Assembly (NCBI RefSeq): GCF_009914755.1
Contig: NC_060939.1
Source: the human T2T-CHM13v2.0 reference genome, Homo sapiens
DNA length: 64,000 bases
Strand: one strand, 5' to 3'
Shown here: piece by piece, positions 52,890 through 64,000 of the stretch
Numbering within the stretch: the stretch's first letter is position 1
How the letters are laid out: each line of letters starts with the position of its first letter
The notes under the pieces: generated by a model
The model's input: only the letters and a program-made list of their open reading frames with translations
Database searches by the model: none
Told to the model about the DNA's origin: nothing
Position numbers and translations under genes: made by a program

Positions 52890-55800
52890 TAGAATAGCAG
52901 AATAGGGTTTTGATAGTGTTAATTTTTAATTTAATTCAACTTTACTTTGGTTTAATTCATTTTTAAAAGCTTTTTTACTTTAACACAATAAAAAAATTCT
53001 TAAATGGCATGATTCAAATGAATGCATGGCGGGGGGGTGATGCCTCACATTCTTACAACACCTCTTTATTTTCGAAAGACCTTTCACATGCATTTTTAAA
53101 TTTGATCCTTAAAATAACACTGTACTGTATTAGCACAATTTTACAGGACAGGAAATAAATTTCAGACAAGGTGAGTAACTTCTCCAACATTAAGTAATAA
53201 AGTGCTACTGTGTTTTTCCTTTCTGTTGGAGCACAAGAACATTCAATAGAATTTTCACTGAAGACGAGCTGTAAGTATATTAGTGGGAGTGGGAAGTGGA
53301 AGTGTCATCTATTTTTTAAAAGGTGGCAGATCTACAATATTTAGCAAGAAACAGGGAGAAGGAAAAGCCAAAACAAATGAACTGATTTATTTAAAAACAT
53401 TATCAGCATTACCCTGAAAATTATCAAAATCTTATATGCTATATCAATATATTTTTGGAACCATTTTATGGAAGTATCCTTAATAGAGTTTTAATGCATT
53501 TAATGCATGCTGTTTTTTTCAGGTGTCCAAAGAGAAGTGCGCCTTTTGCAATAGATCGATATTTCTCTAAGCCTGTTTCCCACACCAACTAATATCAGAT
53601 TCACTACAGTTTCTTAAGAATAGACTTCTAGCTCCTACTCCCAACCAAATTAATCACAGTTTTTGGGAACTAACCCAGGTATCTTCATTTTCAACCAGCA
53701 TCTAAGACTTGGCTAGTAAGTTGTGAGAATCAACAGATTTTACTTTTTTTGATATGATATAGATGCAGGCAGAAATATCTAAATAGGTTTATAATCACGC
53801 CAAATCTTTTTTTTTCAATTATCATAAATTACCACAAAAATTTTGTTCCATGTGAAAAGATTACCTAATGAATGAATAAGTAACTTGGAACTTTAAATAA
53901 AGAAAATGGACAGACACTCATTCACACACGTACATAGAGGAGGCACATTGCAGTAAAAGAATTTCTTTTCTAGATTAATGGTTGTAAATGACCCCAATCA
54001 AATATTAATTAATAAGGCAACAACGTCCTTTGAAAAATAATTTGAGAAATGACAACAATTTTGTTTCTGCTACTAATTTTTACCTCTGGTTGCTAAATGA
54101 TCTAACAACTACCCATTGTTCTCTCTGTGTTTTTTTTTTCTAGTGTAAATTTGGTAGACTTAATTACAGGTGATAATAGTAGCATTTTTGAGGAATGACA
54201 ATCTGTTGTGCATTTTCATGCATAATTATAAAAGCACTCTTGACAAATGAATTGATCACCTACACAAAATAGGCATGGGTGTAAATGCAGGTCAGTCAAA
54301 TGGAAGATCAATCATGTTAAGCAATATTTTCCAACAGTTCTTTTGAGAGCTATTCGGAGAAACAACAAGGAAAATAAGTTTTAAATAATCTTGGAGATGC
54401 TATATTTTAAAACATACTAAGAACATTTTTTTGTTTGTTTTTAACTGCAAGATTTCTTAAAGCAATGAACAGACCAATGTGCAGTGAATTTCTTGGAGGC
54501 AACTGTATAGTTCACTGTTGAATGTATTTGGCAACAAGACATTTTTGCAGTTATCTTGTGGGACTAGGTTAATGTCGGATGGATTCAGAAAATCTGAATT
54601 TAAGAGTATACAGCGCTGATGAACCACATTATCTGTTACTTCTAGCCTGTTTAAGATCTGTCTTTCTAGGAAAAAAAATGAATTTTAGATGGTTTGTATA
54701 CTACAGGTAGTATGGCCCATCGTAAAAGTTTAAAAACCTTCCCTTATCCCCCTTCTTCCCAAAAGCATATGTAACTCTTTTGCCTTGAGAATGAATAATG
54801 GTTTTTCCTCACTTCAAACATGATTGAATAACCTACAAAGACCCAAATACAATGGGAAAGACAGAAGAGAGTACTAATTCATTGGTTATTGATTATAGCT
54901 CTGCTGATTTTGTACCATCCCATCTTGGTCATTTTTATGGGTTCTAACATATTCCATCTGCTGAGCACCTATTTCTCTGCATCTTTAAACTGACACTGAA
55001 CACGTGGACTCTAATTAGTTCTTTTACAATTTCCTGGAGTATGTTCTTACTTGTTTATTTGAAATCTCATGGCCTCTTGATGGCTCTTTACTATCTAGGT
55101 TGTTACACATAATTCAAAGATACAGAAAACACAGTGAACATTTAGATCAACTAACTCATACTACAAAAGAGGAAATACAACATATTACTTCTTATCTACT
55201 CCTGCCCGTGAGAATTTGCAATGTAATAATGATTCTTTGAAACCTTGCTGATTTCTACAGTCTCCAGACCTAAATTCTCCAAAGTGATATCTTCAAACTA
55301 CTGCTTAGAACATGGTCTGTCCCTGGAGGAGAGTGAGGTACTCCCCAATCCCTACCACTCACATAGAAACGTTTATGGGAATAGGGCTAAGCTAAAAATT
55401 TCATGAAGCAATAAACTGTTTCTGAGCCAGTGCTAGCATTGTTTCACATCTCTGTATTTCAGTACTTAGCTTTGCAGCTCTTGCCTAACACAGAGAAAGC
55501 CCTCAGTATCTTTGTGTTAGAGGAATAATCAGAAAATATAGATAAATAAATTGAAAGCGACGGCTAGAGCTAATTGTCAACAATACAAACTGTATACCTT
55601 GAAGGACATGGTCTAAAATCTATTTTTTTAAGGTAGAAAAAGGATTGTCTTCTTTACTATATGTCCAAAGAGCATGATTAAGCCCTCATCAATTTCTGCA
55701 CCTGTGAATGTGCTTTGGCATTATACTTACACAGCATCAGATATTTTATACTCCGGATAATTAGTGGACAGTTTTGCACCTTTGATTTGATATTATACCA

Positions 55801-58800
55801 TCAGTATTCAACAGTTATTTTAACCACTACTGAAATATTTTAAATTCACTGCCATTTAATCATAGTAATTATCCTGTCTGCGGAAGTTTCCAGTGACAGA
55901 GAACTACTCTGTGACTGACAACCAATGATGAATAGTTTTTTTCTGACACTAAGTTTGGCTAACAAGTAAGTGAGGATCCTTCACATTTTCTTTGCTTTGC
56001 CTTGCCAAGTGTCAAAACTGTAAGTCCTCTTGCTGACATTTGACTTGGTGAAACTATAATTGTCTCGTTAGTTGTGGCTCTGTTAGAGAAAAATTATATA
56101 TATAATCAACTGTCAGCTCAGATGAATTTCTCAGCTATATGGCTTACTTTTGTGTGTTACAGAATTAACTGGAAAATTTATTTTCCTCTCTAATCTCTCG
56201 TAGAATATACTAATTGAATTTTCATTTCCAACCCATAAAACTCCCACATCCTGCTTTGTTTTTTTTTTATAAAGAGAAACTTTAGCACAGAATGCATATG
56301 GCCCAAAGACATGTTGAAACATATACTGAATATACTCTACAAAATTTTAAATATACATGTGAAAAATTCTCATGAATATGTGACATAAAAGGTAAAATGA
56401 AAATTGACGTTTTGTAATATACTGTTAAGAAGTGGACATTAGGAAATAGTTCATTCTTTTTTTGATACATATGGTAATGAGCCTTTAGGGAAGGTTATGG
56501 TGTGAAATCTAAGATTCAGGGATTCAGATTTTTCTCAGGGAATTATGTGCAATTAAAAAACAAGATTTAATAGGTGTGGTATAAAATTGTCTTAAGTGAT
56601 TCTATTCCAAGGGGAGGAAATCATATTTTTCTAACATTGAAACTAAGAGAAATTTGGAGAGAATTCAGAAAACAGGAAAACAATTTGGTTTCAGAGAATT
56701 AATTGCTGTAATACCAGAACACTAAACCTGGAGTTTCAAGTGTGTTGTATATGATGACCAGGCCTTACGATGTCATTTTTCTTACCTTTGGTAGGATAGA
56801 AAATGACTATGATGGCTTGTTTATTACGTTCTAGAATTCTTATTAGATAATTATGTAAGTTATATTATTTAATGCTTCTTACAAGTCAAAGATATATTAT
56901 TATATCTCTTATTTTGCAGATTAGGGCACAATATTTGAATATTAAGTCATGATACCTAATGTTATAGTGTCAGGGAATGGTTAAACTTAAACTCCAATCT
57001 GAATGCAAAGACAGTGTTCTTTCTACAAACTCTTCAATTATATAGTCTGTATAAGAGAACTCTTTTTGCTGAATTAATCAATTTAGTTACTAGAGTAAAG
57101 CTGGTATAATTTAATTTCTCAAAGACCTTGGCTTAATACAGGAACATAATAAATTAAAATAGAGTAAAAATCTCTTGAAATAACTATGATGTGTCTCTCA
57201 GGATAATAAAAAAAGGAGGATGACTTCAAGGTCCAATAGTAGTTGGATGATTAAACAAATTATGCTATGTCCATATAACAGGTTATACATATTTTAAATC
57301 ATTACTTTAGTTGTACAACATAAACTTTTCCATATGTCACCAGATGTTACAGTAAAACATTAAGGGAAAATAATACCAATGAAGGGAAATCTTAACCTAA
57401 TATCTAATACTTTATCACTTAATAGGGTTTTGAGGAACACCTTTCTTATTTCTTTGTTCCTTTTAATTTAGAATCCCAGAGATTTTGTATAACTGAAAAA
57501 AAAATGAACCCAGTAAATATTTTACATGTTCTAAAAGTTCTCACATTCTCAACATTATTTAGAAAATGAATGGAAAACATTGACATAACACTAACTTGTG
57601 TCTGCCTTATTAAATTTCAAAATCTTTAAAACTATCACAACTTCCTTAAAGGTAAAATGACCTATTTTACAATTAAAAAATAGTCTGGGTACTAATTGAA
57701 TCTAGAATTAAAACTTGAATCTTTGAGTGTCTTGGCCCTTAAAATAATTTTGTTTCTGAATACCAATTAGAATTTGACCTAAAGACATCTGATATATGAA
57801 GGCTTTTTAATTTTTATAATTTCCATGAAAGTAATAGTAAGCACACTAATTCTAGTTTTCTAACAGAGAAGACAGATTAAGTGTTGCTTATCTGTGAGGT
57901 GTTTCTCTAATTTTGATAATTTCATATCATATATTCTTAAACGGATGTTTTAGGTTTGTATTCATTTGAATTTTTTCTCAATTATGTTATGTAATGATAA
58001 ACAATCTATTAACAGCACCTTAACAGAAATAATTCTTTAGAGACAATGGAAGAAGCTAGAAGCTCTATTGGTGGTGTAGTTTTTTAACAGGTGTAAAGTG
58101 TGTTATTACAACATTCAGTTGCTATCCACTTTATTTAATTTTATAACCACTACTATCCTAATAGCATGAACATAAAGCAACTTTAGAGTATTTTTGAGAG
58201 ATCACTTCTTGTGGAAATTACATCAATAGGTCATTGATTTCTCTGGTACAAATGACCTTGAACAAAATGCTGCCATGGGCAAAACAAAGTCATTATAACT
58301 ATCCACTACACTGTGGACTGTGTTAAATAATCATAATCCAAAGAAGAAGCTCCAAAATGTTGGTCTCTGGTATGAATCTGTAACTTAAAAGCAGTCACAC
58401 ATTGGTAACATCTTCTTTCCTGAATTATGTTACTACATCACAGCAAAGGTCTAAATACACATAGCGACACTTCAACACCCAGAACATTTTCTCAGCATGC
58501 CCACAACGTGGAGCTGCAGTGTAAATGAGTCAGACCCATGCGCTGAAACAAGTTGCTGAGTCTAGTGAAACAAAATATACCAGACGGACTGTGAATAAAG
58601 TGGTGGGTAGTACCTGAAAGCTTTGCCTTAGGCTGAATTGGAAAGATCTAAACTTTCATTGAAGAAAATATTTATGAATGCGTTACCTAAGATGAAATTA
58701 ACTAGCACAGATTCAGACTAACACTTGCAGAAGCCCAGATTGTAAATATAAAAATGTCTCTGTTTTTAAGTTGATTAAATCTTCTTGTTCTATTCCTTAG

Positions 58801-60696
58801 AACTATTAAGTTGTGCCTCTCTATATTTACCTGCCTGTTTTTTAAAACACATACTTTTTTTTTTTTTTTTGCTTTGAAAGTGTGGAATAAAGGAACACTG
58901 CTAGGAAAATGAAAAAGCAGGAAAACTTAAAATATGGTTTTTTAGAAAAATATTTATGAAGCAGTTTAGCATACTAACTGCTTTAGTAAAGTGGTTAGAA
59001 GATAGATGATTGCTCATGGTTTCCAAATGGGGAAACAAGGACTCAGAAAGCTTAAATAACTTCCCAAATGTAAATCTTGTAGTGGAATCTACAATAATGT
59101 CCAATTTGTCCTCTTCTAATTCCAGTCCAGCATTTTTCTAGTACATATTCATTTTTGTTTGGTATATTCTTCAGTATTCCACAGTTTCCTGCATTGAGTT
59201 TTTATTCTGTAGTTACTTCCCTCTCTCAGCATTTTCATCCTATTCACCAGCAGAGAAAGAGGGTAGCTTTCTCGATTTCTGTTAATCTTTATCACCAATC
59301 ACTTGACTGTAGTAGTAACATAAACCTCAATAGCAGAAATGAAGACAACATTTGAAAACTCAGAAAGCTCTCGCTTTTTCTACCTTCTGACCCAGTTTGC
59401 AAGAGTATATTGGTAAAAATATCTTGACATCTTTGGAATGCTGTCAAGAAACACAGAGCCCAAATGAAGTCTATATTCATTGTCTCTCACATACATTTTG
59501 CCTGTTAAAAATACATTTTGTGCAGTTTAAACCCAAAGTGTCACAGAAGTACTACATTTCTGTGACTTGAAATTCCAAAGTGAGACATTTCAATCTTCTT
59601 TAAGCTGGAAACAATTCTTATACTTGTCACCTCTTGTAGTTTATACAGGTCTCTTTTGATCCTCTTGCAGTTACTTGCTGAATATTGAAAGGGGCCTTTT
59701 TGACAAATATAAAACAGGGTTTATGTGTGCATGTTTACTTTTATAATTTTTATTTGTTGCTAGGTCCAAGAAGTCTTTTTCTCCCCTTGGCATTACTTTG
59801 ATGCACCTGTTATGATCCTGCTGAAAGCTCTCTTGCTTCTTTGGAGCCCTGAGAGGAGCTTTGTAACTTTGACATTTTCACTAGCTTTTGACTAGCTGCT
59901 AAGATTTCGGCTGCTGTGGTGCAGTACAGAGGCAGCCATGTATTGGGCTGCCAAGTCTCAAACTCTTGTTTGAGAACCTCCAGACCTCACTAAAGAGGAT
60001 CTGCAGAACAGAACTGTATTCTTTCACAAGGTGGTTGGTGCCAAGGCCGGGTTGGTCTTTGACAGAGCAGAAGCCAGGATGATCAATATCAGAAGCATCC
60101 TCACACATGGTTTTCAGGTCAGAAGCTGGGGTTAGGGATGAATTTTGCCAAGTATTGGATATAATGGGGGATATTTAGAAAAGGTGCCAGGCATTGAACT
60201 GATTCAAATTTCTCCCAGTATCTACTGTTTTTGTAAAAGCAAGAAATTTTGCATTGGAAATAACCTAATTAGTTTAGAAAACCAAATAAATAAGAAAATA
60301 AGCATAGCATTTTTAAAGGCTTAGCTATTTAAGCATTTAAAATACTTTCTCTCACAAAAGTTAAACCCTGTTCATGTGTACACTGGTTTTGATAAGATAA
60401 TATTTAGACTGATGTTGGATTATCTTAACTGAAAGTTTTAATATAGCTTTCAGGGATACTTCATGTACTCTTGAAACTATATCACATATATTTGTATTTA
60501 TATGTATGTCTGTTGATGTTTCTCTCTGTATACGTAGATACATATCCATATCTAGCTAGCTAGCTCCCATTTGCAGGTTTTGTATATTTAGTTCCAACAG
60601 CATAGAAGGGGAAAAGGAACCTAAGACCATAATATTCAGTAGTTTTACAAGCAGGATATTAAAATTCATTTGCAAGTTCTTAGTGGAATTCAGTAG

Positions 60697-61058
<362 letters not shown>

Positions 61059-61266
61059 TGAGGGTAGCAAACACCTGCGGTCAAGTTTCTCTGGGCCATT
61101 TGGAATATTTCAAGAACATTATAGACATAACTTGCATTCCAATTGTTTAAAGAACTGTATGAGTCTGAATGTGGAAATTAACCATTGTTTTCAATGCTAA
61201 TTTTACAAGACCAATAAGCCTGCAATAGAATGACTAGGAAGGCTACTACCTTCATTAAAGAAAGAA

Positions 61267-61522
61267 GCTGAATGTGGTGGCTCACACCTCTAATCCCAGC
61301 ATTTTGGGAGGCCAAAGCGGGAGGATCACTTGAAGCCAGGAATTTGAAACTAGCCTGGGCAATGCAGTGAAACTCCATCTCTACAACAAAAATATGAAAA
61401 ATTAGCCAGTCCTGGTGGTGCACACCTGTAGTCCCAGCTACTCAGGAGTCCTGAACCCAGGAGGTCGAGACTGTAGTGAGCCATGATTGCACCACTGCAC
61501 TCCAGCCTGGAAGACAAAGTAA
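61267..61522 (+). mobile_element. AluJ lacking its 3' end and poly(A)
   Basis: gggaggatcacttgaagccagga...ccactgcactccagcctggaagacaaag then unique sequence. Confidence 0.88.
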
Positions 61523-64000
61523 AGTCAGAGACCACAGCCAACCAGAGCACGCATTGCTCTTGGTGGATAAGTGAGGCAAAGCAATTTATACTGTTTACTC
61601 CTCTATTTTCCTCTCTTTCCTTGAATTCTTCTAACATTTGTATTTTTATAGCATTGTATCCACAAAATAATGATATCGATGGTGTGGTAGTGTGCTGCTC
61701 CACAGGCACATAAATCATCTGACTCAAAGAAATGAAAATCTGGACATTATGATTCCTTAGTGAGCATGATGTGATGTATCCTCCCTCCAGCTGCTGTCAA
61801 TGACACCACCAGGCTCAGCTCCGGCTCCTCCGGTGCCTCCACACCATAAATGAGACTCAGTTTCTCACTTAAGACTAAAACAGTGCTTCTGTCTAGATCT
61901 GTGTTTTTCTACCATTTCAGTTTAGTTTCCATGTACATAAAATTCATTTTTTCATGAGTTAGACATATTTTATTTTTCCTAAAAGCAAGTAATTCAAATG
62001 AAACCACCTCTTTCTCCACTTCCTTCTTTGTTTGTCTACTTCTTCTTCCTTCCCTCATGCCACTCCTCCCTCCCACTTCCTCTACTTCCCCTGGAACATC
62101 ATGAAACACTGTGCTTGCTGATATATTGTATTTGGTTATGTTAGGAGAGCAAAGGAGTATAACATATTGTTCCATTCCCTGGGAAGCTTACCTAGCTAGA
62201 TAATATTACAAAATTTTAAGTGTTCTGATCCTCAGAAAGATGAGAGGGAGAGATCAGTAAGGCCTAGGTTAGCAAGGACAGGCTTCATTTAATAAATATT
62301 TAATGATGATTTACTGTGTGTAATTTATTTGCATGTTGACTGCCCTGCCTCCCAACCCCTCACCGTTCTGCTACTGTAAGCTCTTCATGTGCAAGTATTG
62401 TGTTTGTTTTTTCCAAAATTGTATACCGTCTACCTGTGATACTCAAGGTGGGCACTGGAAAGTATTGTTGAGTGAATGCATAAAAGAATGGCAATTGGAG
62501 AATTCTAGGTTTTGCTTCTTTCTTTCAAGGAGATGGTACTTCCGTAGGGAAGCATCACAGGAAGAATGTGATGGATTTGCTTTCAGGGAGGGAAAGGATG
62601 CACTCAGTTGGGGTCACTCATTGCTGTTTCCTATTTTGTCTAGTTTAAGAAAGGATGAATTCACCCAGCATTGAAATCAAGTGAAAGGTAATTTACTACT
62701 TAGTCATTTATGTGTTTTTATCCCAGCATCCAGCTGTTTCCTGGATCATATTTTATTACAGTTTTTATTTATAGTATGTCTTTGCAAGAAAAACATCCGG
62801 TGCAGCAGGGCTTAGCAGTTGGTGTGTAATAATGTGTATTTTAAAGCTACATAGAAGACACTTTTTGCAAGTTTCCCTAGAACAGTGAGAGTATCAAATC
62901 CCCTTCCCCATTTTTAAAGCTGTGAAGGATTTCCCTTGAGATTTATGGCTTTAGTACAATGGAAAGTGGATTAGACTTGAGGTTAGTGATCACATGTCTG
63001 AATCTTCACCCTATCACTTCTTAGCAGTGTGGACTTGGTAAATTAATTAACCTGCGTATGGCTCAGTTAAAACTTGCCTCACAAGTGAGAAGGCGTGAGA
63101 GTTAAAGGAAAAAAGATGTCAAGTGTCTGTACTAAGAACATGTATTTTTCTTTTTCCATCTCTCCAGTATAAACAATTTTTGTTCTGGAAGTCTATTATT
63201 GCAACTTAGGAAGTAATTTAAATTATTTCATCGGTGTTAATTCTAAATTTTAGCTTCATTTTAAACACTTTGTAGGAATGCCCATATCATATACCTAGTC
63301 CATTTTATTTTGTGATTTCTCCAAAACACCAAAATGCAATGCCAGCTCTCAACATATTGTTCTGTCTTTCGACAGGGATTAGAACTCTCTTGGATTATAA
63401 ATGCATGGATTGCACAGAACATTTTCATGGTACATAATGGGAATGAATTGTTCTTCAAACTTATTTTAGTCCAAAAAAGAACAAATGTTACAAAAGAATC
63501 AGGATAATAGCTACATTTTTTGGAATCCTTCCTTATAGCATTTATTTTCAGTTCTTTCAGAGAAGCTCATGGAAATGCGCAGTCATGTCTGTAGATGGCA
63601 TTCTTGTACCGGATGAAATAAAATGGTAATTAAGTATGCGAGATCTTTCCCAGAACAGTCAACCTGTTTAGTGTTAAGTGCATGCTTAACAATCCATGAT
63701 ACCCATTTTTGGAATTAGGAAATAATGCGTGGGAAGTCGAGATGTATTTTTGGGAAAAAAATAGAGATCAAATACAAACTGATGGGTTCTATAATAATTG
63801 TGGTTTTTTTTTTTAAAGTGTCTTAGAGGAGAAAAGTTGAAAAAGGGTCAAGATGAAAGGCTTCACTTTTATTTTCTGGAAGCGTTTAATTAAACCATAG
63901 AGGACCACAACTAATAGGACTGTGGACTGGTCAATGTCAGCCCTAAGCCACCCCAAAATAAAATTCTGCAATATCCCCCATTCCTTTAACATACCTTGTG

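Noticed and set aside
59931-59975. Two adjacent short hairpins suggesting a structured RNA
   Set aside because: Stems of 7-8 bp are expected by chance in 64 kb; no snoRNA, miRNA or Pol III hallmarks.

Overview
Primate, most likely human or great-ape, genomic DNA: it carries AluJ/S/Y, L1PA/L1M, MaLR and ERV-L LTRs, MER20, Tigger3, L2 and MIR. It is not prokaryotic, so there is no operon, CRISPR array or rRNA/tRNA locus. The window has two compositionally distinct halves. Bases 1 to ~27.3 kb are GC-rich and contain a CpG-island promoter (~24.35-26.26 kb, NRF1 and ETS motifs) that appears to drive a spliced minus-strand transcript. Three candidate exons (24506-24439, 16601-16512, 10913-10679) join in frame into a 130-aa ORF that I do not recognise, so it may be a lncRNA, a duplicated gene fragment or a small ORF. 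Bases ~28.6-64 kb are AT-rich, gene-desert-like sequence with old repeats, an ERV-L remnant carrying a palindromic 30-bp minisatellite, several template-switch or duplication scars and two enhancer-like patches. The halves meet at an L1PA 3' fragment with no target-site duplication, which suggests a duplicon or rearrangement junction. I found no recognisable protein-coding gene and no convincing new biological system. Repeat subfamily calls are by eye from remembered consensus sequences, and the boundaries of old repeats are approximate.
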